Positions 39,201 through 54,390 are shown, counted from the stretch's first letter. The stretch is 64,000 bases of DNA from Eledone cirrhosa (GCA_964016885.1 OZ024744.1:7316001-7380000); one strand, 5' to 3'. Numbers and translations are program-made. The notes: generated from the sequence alone by a model not told the origin.

Positions 39201-41070
39201 GTTGAGCTTCCAGTAACCGGGTCCCTGTCTATGAGTTCTGTCAAGGTTGACCATGCAGGTCACTAATTTGTGGTCTGAATAGCAAACCATGCGCATTTTT
39301 GGACAACTTAAAAAGTCCTTATCCTTAATTCTAACTAAGAACCTATCTAGGTACGACCTAGATGATCCGCTACGATTTGCCCAAGTCCAGATTGGCGCAG
39401 TCGGAAAATCTAGTCGATATCTATCGGCCAGGTCAAATCGACCGATTAACCCTTTGAGGCTAATACACCCCTCTCTATCGGGACAGGCCCCTACGTAGTC
39501 CCAGCGTGCATCTAGGATACCATTCCAGTCCCCCACTAATAGCAAGGAGCGGGATGTCCCTAGAAAAGTCTCCAGACGATGGAAGAAGTCCGGCCGCATT
39601 GACCCGAAACGCTCCGCCTTTACCACTTCCAAGGTCCAGAACCACTAGTCGACCCTCCGGTTCCAAATGTACCATCTGTGTTGCGAGACCCAGATGTTTT
39701 TGCAGCAGAACGACAACCCCACCGCCACCTCCGGGCTGAGAGAGAGATGCGTGCATCTGAAAGCCATCAAAGGTGGGGGCCAGCTGCCGCACGTTGCTGA
39801 TCCGGGCCTCGCAAATAACCATCACATCTATACGTTGTGACCTGAGGTCATTTAGAAGCATTGCTTGCTTCCAAGTTGAGCCCAGGCCACGCGCAATTAA
39901 ACAGCCTACTCTTAGCATAGCCATGTTGGTGGTGAAGAGAAAAGGCACTTACCTCTCTGCGTCCCGGGTATCGTGTTGCACAATTTCCATTAGGGGGGGG
40001 GGCGGTGGTTTGTGGAAGTGTAGGGGCATCAGTGTGTTGTGTTGTTGGGGAGTTTGGAGTTGTGTGGGTGTTTGGGGAGGGGGTGGGGTAGTTTTTTAGG
40101 AGGACGCGGTTAATGGGCCCGACGCAGGGGGGACCCACGTCCTCTTTAAAGTTGTTTTTTAAAGTGTTATAGGTGTCCTGTGGGGCCTTAATCATTTTGA
40201 GGTGGGGGAAATCCCCTACCAGGGTGAAGTTAGGCCCTTGGGTTTTTATTAGATTGTTGTTGTACACAATGTTTAACAGTTTTTTGTTTCTTGTGTTTAT
40301 GTATGTGTATGCATGTTTTTGTTTTTATGTGGTGTTTTTTGTTTGCTGTTGTTGTGAACTCTTTTGTGTTGGTGTCAGTGTTATGTTTTGGGGAGGGGTT
40401 GTTTTCATTTGTGCGTCTGAGGTGTGTTTTCTTTCAACGGTAATGTAGATGAAAGTTTGATCATCCAGTATGACGCGTTCAGGGATCTGGGCGATCCTTT
40501 CGGGCCTCATTTGAACTACAAGTTCGAGGCTAGTTCCATTGAACGCGTCACCCGATGCCTTTCCCATGGACACCAGCGTATCATCATCCAGGTCCAGGAA
40601 ACCTGTCAAAACCCACCATATGTCCATAATCGGCAGGATGGTGTGGATTTTTATTTTTTGTGTTCTTCTACCCATGTACGTAGGGTAGAAGGTGTATGCG
40701 GTGGATGTGATTGGTTTTATGGACAGTTTCACTGCTGTGTCCCTGTCCTTCATGAGAATGGATAGACTCCCGTAGAGTCTATCCTTCTGAATGAAGGTGA
40801 TGTCCTTCATGACGTCTTTTAAAACCAGCTCTATCTCACTCTGTGATGGTTGAGCTGGTTTTTTGCTTTTATTCGAGATTGTCCTAAACATGACAGTGTT
40901 TAGGAGTCTCTGGCTTTTTAGTTCCGGGGGGGGGGGGGATGGATCGTGAATGAACCATTTTCCCCCTACACTATATATGTTTTGGCATCTGCCAGTAGCT
41001 CCTTCGCTTTGGTTATATCTACTGGCAGATAGTCGAGGGTTTTCCTTGCCGTCTCGGCGAAGGAGAAATA
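36265..41070 (-). pseudogene. Tx1-like LINE family B: partial ORF1 and frameshifted ORF2 (APE+RT)
   Basis: ORF pieces 39475-39924, 38046-39632, 37281-38098 and 36528-37151 are homologous to family A ORF2; 40325-40891 is homologous to ORF1; (TATC)n follows the 3'UTR. Confidence 0.9.
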
Positions 41071-41074
41071 AACG

Positions 41075-41790
41075 AAAGTGCCCATGACCATCCGGAGTAC
41101 ATAAGTAACCTATGTCTTAAGTTTGGTGAAAATACTGTAGAAATGTATGAGGTTTATACATACGCGTGCGTGCGTGTGTGTGTGTTTGTGGGTGTGTATG
41201 TATTTGTGTGTGCGTATGTATGTGTATGTCCGTCGGCGCATACGTATGTACTGGCCTAAATCTTCACTATTTACTTTTACTATTTTAATAACCTCTGTCA
41301 TTTTCGTTTTCAATTTTATTTACATCATTCTTAAACTCCGGGGCTGGAAATCATTCTGTTATTTTAAATAGAATATTAATCTAACGACTCCATTTATACC
41401 ATAAACTTGGTCTTGTCTTTGCATGAAATTGTTCTTCACGCTCCACATAACGACGTATTATCCTCGCTTTTTTTTCGTTCATAACCAGGGAACGTCTTCA
41501 CGAACCAAAATATCGTCTTCCTGTTTTCGTTCGGTTGCAACATTTCTCGAAATATTTACTACTGCGTTCACAGATTACTCTCAGTTCAATTTGAATAGGA
41601 AATTCCTGTTTCATCGATTTTCTCCGTAACCATGGAAGCTTATAGCTTTAAAGTCGACCCAACGCCTCCTCAGGTCATTCTGCACAACTGTGTAAATTTT
41701 CGCTGCATTCCACCAAGCCATTTCGGCGTTTATCCGAATACATCTACTTACTTAAATATACTACGTCCGACCACTTCCAATTTATATAGT
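41075..41790 (-). mobile_element. Possible non-autonomous Helitron-like remnant
   Basis: aagtttggtgaaaat / gtaaattttcg motifs, a microsatellite and a terminal tttatatagtata; weak. Confidence 0.3.
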
Positions 41791-41834
41791 ATATATATAT
41801 AGTTATGTAATAAACAACATAAGGCAATTATTTT

Positions 41835-41887
41835 ATTTACCAGTGGTTTCTTAAAAGCAAAAAAATTTTGCTTTCAATCATCAGAAT
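41835..41887 (-). ncRNA. Hammerhead ribozyme (mirror copy 43668-43720 on +)
   Basis: att-CTGATGA-ttgaaagcaaaa(ttt)ttttgcttttaa-GAAAC-cactg-GTA-aat. Confidence 0.75.
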
Positions 41888-42577
41888 GAAAAAATCCTGG
41901 TGTATTTATTGGCTTTGGATTTTGAAAACAAAAATATAATCTATATGAAAGTGAGGCTGGAAAAGGAAGAAGGAAAGGAAAAATAAAAACACACATGCAA
42001 ACACACACACACACACACAAATATATACATACACATATATACATACATACACACATACATACATACACACACACACACATATATGTGTATATATACATAC
42101 ACATACATATACACATACATACATACACACATAACTATTAACATATCCATACATACACATACATACAAATACACAAACGTGCATACACACATACACACAC
42201 ACACATATACATGCATATATATACATAAATATACATATACATACATACACATAGATACATATATATACACACACACACACAAATATATATATATACATAC
42301 GTACATACACACAATCATACGTATATACACACGTACATACATACACATATATACACACATATATACACGTATACATACGCATGCACAAATATAGAAATAT
42401 ATACACACACCTACATACTCACACAGGTGTGTGTATATATTTCTATATTTGTGCATGCGTATGTATACGTGTATATATGTGTGTATATATGTGTATGTAT
42501 GTACGTGTGTATATACGTATGGTTGTGTGTATGTATGTATGCATGTGTATGTATATATGTATGTATATGTATGTGTA

Positions 42578-42652
<75 letters not shown>

Positions 42653-42682
42653 ATATATGTATCTATGTGTATGTATGTATAT

Positions 42683-43279
42683 GTCAGGTCACCAGTTGGT
42701 GCTACTGGTAACATGTATCCCAGTACAACCTGTCTCATGGTCGGGTCGTTGGCGACTAAACTGGCAACCCTACCAAGGTTTCTTGGTGAGGAGGGTGACT
42801 TTGAACATCCTGCAGGACTAAAAACAAAACCTGTCAAAGGGCAAAGGAGCTCAATGGCCATCCAAAATCACCGGGAGACATGACTTCTTAGCCTTTGTCA
42901 AGGCAGAATTCTAGGAGAAGGAAAACTCTGATATAACACCTGCAACCCTGATGGTTTCTAATGATGTTGACTTGTTCTTCTTTTTGGTAAATATCATCTT
43001 GGTTAACAGAGTGGGACTGGCTTTGTGCAGTGCCTTTGCTCACTATAAAAGCTTCACGGCACAGGCATTGCTTTATATCTGGAGATCTCTCTGCACTTGT
43101 CGTCACATGGTACCATGGGCCCAGCACTATGTGTCAATAATTGTCACAAGTGTAGTGTTTGTACCAGAGTTTTCAAGTCGCTGGCTGGACTAAAAAGTCA
43201 CTCGTTCAGCGCATCCGTAGGGCTCTCCTACATGGATATAAAGTAGTGGCCGTACTCGAAAACAAGTTGGCAGCCACCA
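42683..43279 (+). mobile_element. Second copy of the ~600-bp RTE-like non-autonomous repeat
   Basis: Termini shared with 5849-6469; ctaggagaaggaaaactctga motif. Confidence 0.6.
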
Positions 43280-43313
43280 TGTATGTATGTATATATGTAT
43301 GTATATGTTTGTG

Positions 43314-43359
<46 letters not shown>

Positions 43360-43844
43360 TGTATATATATGTATCTATGTGTATGTATGTATATGTTGAT
43401 ATTTATGTGTGTATATATGTTTATATGTATATGTATGTATATATATACACATATATGTGTGTGTGTGTGTGTGTATGTGTGTGTGTGTATGTGTTTGTGT
43501 ATGTATGTGTGTATGTATGTATATATGTGTATGTATATATTTGTGTGTGTGTGTTTGTATGTGTGTTTTTATTTTTCCTTTCCTTCTTCCTTTTCCAGCC
43601 TCACTTTCATATAGATTATATTTTTGTTTTTAAAATCCAACGCCAATAAATACACCAGGATTTTTTCATTCTGACGATTGAAAGCAAAATTTGTTTGCTT
43701 TTAAGAAACCACTGGTAATTGGAATAATTGCCTTATGTTGTTTATTACATAACTATTAAGCTCTGTTACCTACATAGAGCACTCTTTTTTCCTGGACTTT
43801 TCCGACGGAATTACTTCATTTAGTATATATATATATATAATAAT

Positions 43845-44057
43845 GGTTTCTTATATAAGCACAAGGCCAGCAATTTTGGAGGAGGGGAAAGTCGATTAGA
43901 TCGACCCCAGCTCATGACTGGTACTTTATTTTATCGACCCCTTAAGGATGAAAGGCAAAGTTAAGCTCGGCGGAATTTGAACTCAGAACATAAAGGGTCG
44001 TAACTCAATGCTGCAAAGCATGGCGTCCGACTCTCCACCGATACTGGCAATCCACTA
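43845..44057 (-). mobile_element. tRNA-derived octopus-type SINE; further copies at 58536-58686, 61504-61589 and 63696-63866 (all -)
   Basis: B-box-like GAGTTCAAATTCC on the - strand and a shared core. Confidence 0.8.
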
Positions 44058-44074
44058 ATGCTTGTATGTATTGA

Positions 44075-45335
<1,261 letters not shown>

Positions 45336-45838
45336 TAAAAGTACTGACGTCAGTCATTACACCGTGTTGTTCATCTATGTCATTGCCTGCAGGAATGACA
45401 GTGTTAACATATCAGTTAAGCCTTAAAGACAACTCCAATTAAAATTGGTTTCTTTGGAAATGCTCTTCAAATTAATTTAATGTTGATGCTAGTAAAGCCA
45501 GATTAACAGAAACACAACTTGAGGGTTGATATTTAATTCGAGTGTATTCAATTGTGTGTTGAAAGACATTCAACTGGCGAGATGCTGCCTGTTTAAATTG
45601 AGTTTTAAAAGCTAATCAGTATTCCATTTGTCTTTACTAGGAAGGTATATATTCTGGCTATTTAGTGATTTGCTTTTCATATTTTGATCATCTTGAGATG
45701 TATAGAAAAGCTCATGTCATAATTGTTTGAACGGACGGGTGTTAAATTGTTACATAATGAGCACCATATAAGATACACACATTCACAGACACCGACTAAA
45801 TTCACACGCACACACACACACATATATATATGTGTGTG

Positions 45839-45878
<40 letters not shown>

Positions 45879-45883
45879 TACAG

Positions 45884-45991
<108 letters not shown>

Positions 45992-46044
45992 ATGTATATA
46001 TATATTTGTTGAAAATTGCAAACTTGACTGTTACCACTGAATAT

Positions 46045-46081
46045 GAACCTGAAGATTGTGAGAGCATGAAAGTACTTGTTC
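46045..46081 (+). ncRNA. Minimal hammerhead in a ~215-bp pLTR fragment (46003-46220; inverted copy 53785-54005 with HHR 53927-53963 on -)
   Basis: gaac-CTGAAGA-t-tgt(gaga)gca-t-GAAA-g(ta)c-TT-gttc. Confidence 0.75.
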
Positions 46082-46262
46082 AATTAACATTTAATATTCT
46101 ACCATAATATTTCATTATATCATTATAATTTTAAAGGATTGTAAATAAAACGAGTAAATCAGACAAAGTTGGAATTCCTTTTATTAATATAATCTTCTAT
46201 GCACAATCATACACACCCGTGTATATTTATTTATATATATATGTATATATATGTAAATATAT

Positions 46263-46336
<74 letters not shown>

Positions 46337-46339
46337 CAC

Positions 46340-47392
46340 TGCAGGCACAAGTATTGAGTGCCTTTTGCATACGACTCTCGCCAATAAAATCTGGCAACTT
46401 AAAGATGCAAACATGGAATATAAAATCACCTGGACAAAGCTATCAAAAGCAAAGGCCTATCAAATTGGTATGACCCACTGGGGTCTCTGTAATATGGAGC
46501 TTTTCCAAATTTTAAATTACAACAAAATTCTTCCTAACAGTAAAATTGAAAAAAACATTTTTTGTCGTCATAAATCGACGAATAAATCTGAGATGTTTAG
46601 ACCAGCTTAATTCCATCTTATCTAGTCCATAACACAGATTGTACCACTTGGATATATTATGATATCGCATTATCAACATCATCATCATTATAATTATAAT
46701 TATAATTATAATTGTCATCATCTATCAAAGAACAAATTCAAAACCTCTTATATTTACATTCTTATTTTATATATCTCTATTTTTTACTCTTTATCTTTAT
46801 ACTTCTCTCCCTAAATTTATTTCTTCTCTGTCATTTTATATATTTTTAATATATTTTAAATATATTTTTATATATCTATTTCTATTTCTATTTACATTTA
46901 TTCATGAATTAACGTTAATTCATCTATTTGTCCCACTATTCTTCTTTCTATCCTACGTTATTTCTACTTATGTTTGTCTCTCCTCTATCTACCATCATCT
47001 TCTATATATCTTCCTCTCTTTATATTTCTATCTATAATAATTTCTCCTTTTCTGCTTCTCCCTCTTTTTTTTTCTGTTTCCTTCTTCTTCTTTCTTCTTC
47101 CTTTCCTTTCTTTCTTTACTGTATCTATCTCCCTTTCTTCCTCCTTTTCTCTCTATATCTTTATTATTAATATTTTATTGATGATGTAATTTGAATTTGT
47201 AAATTTGCCGGTTACATATATATTTTTTAACAGTTTCCGAAGATCTAATGGAGTTAACATCGTTAAAATTGAGTGGCACTGCTTTTAGTGTTCAGCAATT
47301 TTTAGACAACGCTATCAGTGAAACAATTGTTAGACTGCAAATAAATCCCCTTTTTTGTACTGTTGACCATGTTATTCTCCACTTTTTCAATA
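46340..47392 (+). mobile_element. PLE 3' remnant (end of GIY-YIG, UTR, pLTR)
   Basis: [30 protein letters not shown] is homologous to the C-termini of the PLE ORFs. Confidence 0.8.
47231..47337 (+). ncRNA. Variant hammerhead (CCGAAGA core, long stem II)
   Basis: cagttt-CCGAAGA-t-ct...ag-t-GAAAC-aatt-GTT-agactg. Confidence 0.72.
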
Positions 47393-47411
47393 TTATATAT
47401 ATATATATATA

Positions 47412-47609
47412 TCAAGTAAGAATATTTTCGAAACAGCGAGCAAGTTTGAATTTATAAATATAAGCTATCGCCGTATTTTGACTAAAGAAATTATAGAAAA
47501 TTATTTAGCCTGATAGTGGGGTTAAGAACGCTCGGAGAAATGGAAAAAGATTTTGTGTTGGTGTAATTTTCTTTAATTTCTTTAGTCAAAATACGACGAT
47601 AGCTTATAT

Positions 47610-47615
<6 letters not shown>
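47412..47615. repeat. Short asymmetric fold-back between (TA)n tracts
   Basis: Arms 47452-47503 / 47564-47615; 40-nt left extension. Confidence 0.8.
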
Positions 47616-47650
<35 letters not shown>

Positions 47651-47652
<2 letters not shown>

Positions 47653-47840
47653 CTAGGGAATTGTGGTAAGGAACCAGGTGGACCAAAACACACCAGAGTA
47701 CTAAATACTTAGGGTAGTCTCGACGGCAGAGCTCAAGTCGTTTCGACGGCTATTTCAGGCTATTTCAGGACTAAATTCTAATTTAGTCCTGAAATAGCCG
47801 CCGAAACGGCTTGAGCTCTGCGGTCGGGGTCATACCTTTT

Positions 47841-47845
<5 letters not shown>
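47651..47845. repeat. Short asymmetric fold-back with degenerate HHR-like motif
   Basis: Centre ~47779; consensus of the arms is GAAAC-ggc..gcc-GTC. Confidence 0.7.
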
Positions 47846-47914
<69 letters not shown>

Positions 47915-47924
47915 TATATAGATG

Positions 47925-47958
<34 letters not shown>

Positions 47959-47959
47959 C

Positions 47960-48024
<65 letters not shown>

Positions 48025-48029
48025 ACTTT

Positions 48030-51000
48030 GAATAACTTTAAATGTTTCGGCCAGTATTGGCCTAGGCCATGTCTAACTTAATAGCACCACCTGGTCTTTC
48101 AATTCAGGTTGGGCACGATGGCCCATTCGAGAAGAGAATTACTGTTTGCGGAGACATATCCGGGTGTGGGTGGTTTGTCTGGGATTACTTGGAAGAATTT
48201 GTCCAAAGACTTCTTGAATTTTGTGTGGTCAGTTTCTGTTTTGACGTGTCCAGGTGTGATGTTGAAGAGAGCAGGGCCAATTGAGGTGAAATAATTGTGC
48301 CGTATTGTTGTTATGAGTTGCGATTTAGATTTTTGTTTGGGACGGATAGCATGGGGCCCAAGCCTTGGGTGTATTTTGAAGGTGATGCCAACATCATTTG
48401 GGCAGTGCTGATGAAACATTTTCCACATCATGCAGATAATATAACGCTCACGGCGACGTTGGAGTGAGTAAAGTTTCAGCTTTTCTAGTCGACCCCAGTA
48501 GTCAAGGTCTGACATGCCATCTATCTTTTTCGTGATTGCCCTTTGGGGAGCTGCAAGTTTCATGATACTTTCTTTCGTGTGGGGAGACCACAGTGGACAA
48601 CAGTATTCAAGGTGTGGTCGGGCAAAACTAGAGAAGAGAAGGATAATGGTGTGGGAATCTCTCGACTGGAAGGTTCTGAGGATTCAGGAACACATTCTGC
48701 GGGCCATGTCAACTTTGCTGCTTATATGCGTGGCCCAGCTTATGTTGCTGTCCACGGTTACTCCTAAGTCTCTGATGTTGTTAGATGCCACGAGAGTTTC
48801 ACCGGAGGGAAGGGAGTACGGGAGTTTCAGAGCATCCTCTTTTCCAAAGTGGATCAGTTCGAATTTGTCTTCGTTCAGTAACATGTTGTTCTTTTCCGCC
48901 CATTGGGTAACAGCCAGTAGGTCTGACTGAAGGCTTATCCTGTCATCCACGCCATTAATGACCTTTTGGAGCTTGGAATCATCAGCGAAAATTCTAATGT
49001 TGCTGTGTTTGATGATGTCAGTGATGTCATTAATATACATGATGAAGAGAAGTGGGCCCAACACAGTGCCTTGTGGGACCCCACTACTGACTTTGGCTGG
49101 GCTGGATTTGACTCGTTCGACTACAACATGTTGGGTTCTATTTGACAGGAAGCTCTTGATCCACTGCAGCAGCTTTCCAGTGACACCAATATTGGACAGC
49201 TTTCTCAGTAGAATGTTGTGATCAACCCTGTCAAAGGCCTTGCTGAAATCAAGGTAGATAACATCAGTGTTGAAACCCTCTCCCAAGGCTCTCAAAATGT
49301 GATCAAAGTGATGCAGTAGCTGCGTCAGGCAATCCCTTCCATTACGGAATCCATGCTGGTTGGAGTTCAGCATATTGTTACTCTCAAGGAAGTGGGTCAT
49401 TCGCGATCTCACCACTCTCTCAAATACCTTAATGATATGAGAGGTGAGTGAGATTGGACGGTAATTCACGGCAAGGGATTTGTTTCCTTTTTTGAAAACT
49501 GGGACAACAGACTGGGATAGAAGGTTTTCTGGCACATATCCAGCATCCAGTGAGTTCCGCCAGTTTGGCAAGAGGAGATGCAAGTTGGTGTTGACACGCC
49601 TTCAAAACACAAGCAGGGAACCTATCGGGACCCACTGCTGAATTATGCTTGATTTCCTTTATTGCCGCTAAGACATCAGGGGCGCCAAACGTTATGTCCG
49701 GTAAGGTGTAATGGGGAGTAACATCGCCGATACAGCCCAGATCGGCTATATCAGGATTGCTGAAAACAGAGCAGTATTGTTTCTGCAGTATCTCACCCAT
49801 GGTTTTAGCATTGTCTTGAAGAGTGCCATTTTCATCAATTAGAGGGCCAACAGTAGAGCCAGTGATTTTGTGTTTTTTTGCAAATGAAAAGAACACTTTG
49901 GGATTGAGTTTGATCTTCTCAATGGCCCAGGCCTCTTCAGCTCTTCTCTGATTGTTGATGATAGACATCATATTGTTTTGGAGGTTATGTTTTTTAATCT
50001 CTAGTGATGAAATGGCAGTCAAGTTGATGTGTTGCTGCTGACAGTATTTCAGCTTGTTGATTTTTTTGTTAGTTCTCTTATGAGCGTTTTTGTTAGTTCT
50101 CCTGATGAGCGTTTTTCTATATCTAGGGATTCCGCTCTTAGATTTGTTTATAGTTCTTAAGGGTGTGTTTTGCACATATGTTTGTAACAGTGTCCACAAA
50201 TGTCTGCCAGGACTTTTTGATGTTAGTGGGTGTATGAATGTGCATGAAGGACCAGTCGACATGTGCAAGTTGGTGTTGACAATGCAAACTGATCGCTTCC
50301 CAGTTTGCATTGTGGAAATCCATAGCGTCAAACGGATTGACAAGAGAGATGACATTGGGTTTGTATATTGGACGGTGGAATCTCAGATCACAGAGAACCA
50401 TGTCAGGATCAGAGAGTAGAGTTTTCTCCACTGCAATATTGTGGATATTGTCAGTGTGATTGCTGAAAATTAAGTCTAGGACGTTTTTGTGGCACCTCGT
50501 TGGTTCTAGCACTAGTTGGGACAGGAAGAAATCATCCATGAAGTCAAGAAGCGATTCCACTGCTTCCCTGTCAGACGTTGAGGCAGAAGAACCTGGTGGC
50601 AGGCTGTTTGTGGACCAGTCAACTCTGGGGAGGTTGAAGTCCCCCATCATTAAGATGTTGTCAGGGTGACACTCTTGGATGAAACACTTTATGCTGTTGA
50701 GGCATTCCTTGAAGCATGGTACAGGTGTTTGGGGTGGCCTATAGAGCCCAACTACTATTAGGTTGTTGGTTTGACTGAATACAGTGACTGCTTCGCAGTA
50801 TCCATTAGTGAATATGTTCATAGCCTCTGTTGAGAAAGAATTATGGACATAAATGGCAGTCCCACCCTTTCTTCTGCCAGCGCGATCAGCACAGATGGCT
50901 TTGAAATTTTTCACTTTCACCTCGGCTTCCAAGTGGAGGTTACTGAGATGGGTTTCAGTGAGGACGAAGAAAGGGATGTGGTTTGGATGGACATCAACCC

Positions 51001-51470
51001 AGTCCTCCAGGAATTTGATCTTCCATTTGTGAGTATTGGTGGAAGGGCTGATGCCTTGGGCGTTAGGCAAAAATGTTGAGGCGAGAGTGGATGGTTTTAA
51101 TTGTTTTGGTGTGTTGTTAATTTTTTTGTTTGTTAATGGCAGCAATGGGAGTTTGTGCAGTGGGGTGATAGTGGAGGGTGGTACTGGGTGATAGCTCGAA
51201 TGTTTTTTTTCCAGTTCTTTTGCCAGATTCATTATGGCTAAAAAAGAGGAAGAAGTTTCCTGTTTAGGAGACTGTTGGTGACTGTGGTAGTGGTTATTTT
51301 TATGTAGGTTATGGTTTTTGTTTTTGCTTTTATTTTTATTTTTATTTTTATTTTCATTTGTCCGATGGGTCCCCGGGAGATGGGTAAAGGGACAATCCCG
51401 GTGTAAACACAATGTCTCGCAGGGAAAAGCGGCAGATTTGTGGATTCCTTGTTTGAGTTATTGGTGGTTA
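48030..51470 (-). pseudogene. CR1/L2-group LINE: APE + RT, frameshifted
   Basis: NAQG, LTET, LYRPP, MGDFN, VLDL; YRPISLTS, QHGFR, YLDFSKAFDRVDH, SGVPQGTVLGP, FADD, RDLGV; LYSLQRRRERY at the C-terminus. Confidence 0.9.
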
Positions 51471-51495
51471 TGTTGGTGTTAAATTAGAGTATGAG

Positions 51496-51575
<80 letters not shown>

Positions 51576-51581
51576 TATATA

Positions 51582-52107
51582 GTATTGATTATACTATTTA
51601 TGGTTATGCAAATACAAAAACCTTTTGTAGTTATATATATTTTTATAAACCCTAAACAGTGGTAGGCAGTAATATACTACTACCTTATTATATAACAATC
51701 ATATAAAGAATTCATTAACAGATCAACCCTCTTAACACTCTTGATTACCTGCTTAAGTGCTTCTATTACACGTAACTCTCTGCCACACTATATAAACAAG
51801 ACGCACGTGCTTGCCACACGTATAACCATTGCACTCTATAACCGCTTAATTTCATGTTGTATTTTAACCTGTATTTTTGATTGTATCTTTTAATGTGAAT
51901 GTAATCTCTAAATGTGTACTGCCACACTAAATGCTGTAATGAATGTTGACCCACAATATTTGCATATGTATCTGTATGTCTCTTGGGTGAAAGGGAGGTC
52001 ATATAAGTGTTCATTCAATAATAAATTGCTCCGAAGAATCCAAACCTCGGTTTAGAGGAAACAGTTGTAAGCATAAAAATGTTTGAACAGTTCTTTGATT
52101 CTTATCA

Positions 52108-52112
<5 letters not shown>
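51582..52112. mobile_element. Diverged mini-copy of the 13063-21123 PLE consisting of only its two termini, tails-out
   Basis: 51582-51690 resembles 13063-13172; 51695-52112 resembles 20677-21123. Confidence 0.85.
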
Positions 52113-52151
<39 letters not shown>

Positions 52152-52156
52152 TACAC

Positions 52157-52187
<31 letters not shown>

Positions 52188-52244
52188 TAACAGATTAAAG
52201 TCTTCAAATTTATTGTTATTACTATATATATATATGTATATATA

Positions 52245-53743
52245 TATAAGAACAAAAGATGGTTAAAAGAGTTCCATGTATTTTATTATGCGCATTTCAA
52301 AAACAAATATCATCATGCAATAATATTTGTGTTTTCATCAGATAAAATAGGAAGACATGATATGAAGTTTAAAAAACACTTGTGGATAGTGCAGTTTTAA
52401 ATCAACATATGAAAAGTAGTTTTAGATTGATGTGTGATATTGGGAAAAAAAAAATTTGAGAGGGTGGGGGGTGGAAAGGATGAAACAGAGGAGGAGATGA
52501 GAGTAAAAAGTGGAGAGGGAGGAGTATAATGAGGAAGGATGAGATAGGAGGAGAGATGGGTGATAGAGAGAGAGAGAGAGAGCTTTTATAACTGAGAAAA
52601 ATATATTGTTTTACATAGAGAGGTTGAAAAACCGTTGGAAGATAATGTATAAATTAAAAGAATTTGAAAATTAACGAAGAGAAAAATAATGTAAAGTTAA
52701 GGTTTGTATATTGAAGGGTTTAATAATATGTGCGATGAAAAGAAAATGTTAATATGTATTAAGAATAATATTTAAGGGTTTAATAATATGTGTGATGGAA
52801 AGAAAATGTTAATATGTATTAAGAATAATATTTAAGGGTTTAATAATATGTGCGAAGGAAAGAAAATGTTGATATGTATTATTAAATCCAGTTCCTTCTA
52901 TAGATAACACTAGGACACTCGTTAATAATCTCTCTAATCGCAATTGCAATTGCCCTGTTAAAAATAAATGTCCTCTCAACAACCATTGTCTTGATAAAAA
53001 CTTAATTTACGAATGTAAAGTTATAACTGACACCAATTCCTTCACCTATTTTGGCTCCACTTCGACCTCCTTTAAAGCTCGTCTTTATAACCATCATTCG
53101 TCTTTTAAATACAAACTTAAAAGAACCAACACGGCTCTCTCAGAACTCATATGGTCCTTGAAAGACAAAAATATTAAATATAGCATCTTTTGGATAAGGT
53201 TTCTTCTGCGTCTTCAGACTTGAACAGTTCTCTATCCAAGATTTGCAACGGTTTTTCAACGGTTTTTCAACCTCTCTATGTAAAACAATATATTTTTCTC
53301 AGTTATAAAAGCTCTCTCTCTCTCTCTCTATCACCCATCTCTCCTCCTATCTCATCCTTCCTCATTATACTCCCCCCTCTCCACTTTTTACTCTCATCTC
53401 CTCCTCTTTTTCATCCTTTCCACCCCCACCCCTCAAAAAAGAAAAAAAATGTTTCCCAATATCACAGATCAATCTAAAACTACTTTTCATATGTTGATTT
53501 AAAACTGCACTATCCACAAGTGTTTTTTAACCTTCATATCATGTCTTCCTATTTTATCTGATGAAAAAACAAATATTATTGCATGATGATATTTGTTTTT
53601 GAAATGCGCATAATAAGATACATGGACATCTTTTAACCATCTTTTGTTCTTATATATTATGTATACTCCAGTCCTACAAACTGTAGAGTGCTTCTTATCC
53701 GATATCTGCATTGCTTTATTGTACTACAATAAAACTCACCTCC

Positions 53744-53748
<5 letters not shown>
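52245..53748. mobile_element. PLE remnant with tails-out pLTR arms and an unannotated GIY-YIG fragment (~52939-53200, +)
   Basis: Manual translation CNCPVKNKCPLNNHCLDKNLIYECK..TYFGSTSTSFKARLYNH; arms 52245-52637 / 53257-53655 plus ~95-nt extension; three 60-bp tandem copies at 52711-52881. Confidence 0.85.
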
Positions 53749-53786
<38 letters not shown>

Positions 53787-54021
53787 GGGTGTGTATGATT
53801 GTGTATAGAAGATTATATTAATAAAAGGAATTCCAACTTTTTCTGATTTAATCGTTCTATTTACAATCCTTTAAAATAATAATGATATTATAATGAAATA
53901 TTATGGTAGAATATTAAATTTTAATCGAACAAGTACTTTCATGCTCTCACAATCTTCAGGTTTATATTCAATGGTGACAGTCAAGTTTGCAATTTTCAAC
54001 AAATATATATATATATATATA

Positions 54022-54290
54022 TAATATAAGATCAAAAGATGGTTAAAGGAGTTCCATGTATTTTATTATGCGCATTTCAAAAACAAACATCATCATGCAA
54101 TAATATTTGTGTTTTCATCAGATAAAACAGGAGAACATGATATGAAGGCTAAAAAACACTTGTGGATAGTGCAGTTTTAAATCAACATATCTTATATTAT
54201 GTATACTCCAGTCCTACAAACTGTAGAGTGCTTCTTATCCGATATCTGCATTGCTTTATTGTACTACAATAAAACTCACCTCCTACATAT
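54022..54290. mobile_element. Mini-copy of the same family: inverted short arm joined to the extension
   Basis: 54022-54190 resembles 52245-52410; 54191-54290 resembles 53649-53748. Confidence 0.85.
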
Positions 54291-54315
54291 ATATATATAT
54301 ATGTATATGTATATG

Positions 54316-54386
<71 letters not shown>

Positions 54387-54390
<4 letters not shown>

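Larger units (their letters stand above)
41799..43824. mobile_element. Tails-out pLTR fold-back (arms from 41799 and to 43756, +68-nt extension; centre ~42418) with a nested insertion
   Basis: 41799-42000 is an inverted copy of 43555-43756; inner arms ~42300-42412 / 42426-42540. Confidence 0.85.

Noticed and set aside
52285-52330. HHR in the 52-54 kb pLTR family (ATGATGA..GAAA-tgcgca-TA)
   Set aside because: The core lacks C3 and stem II does not pair in any of the three copies, so it was not called as a ribozyme.
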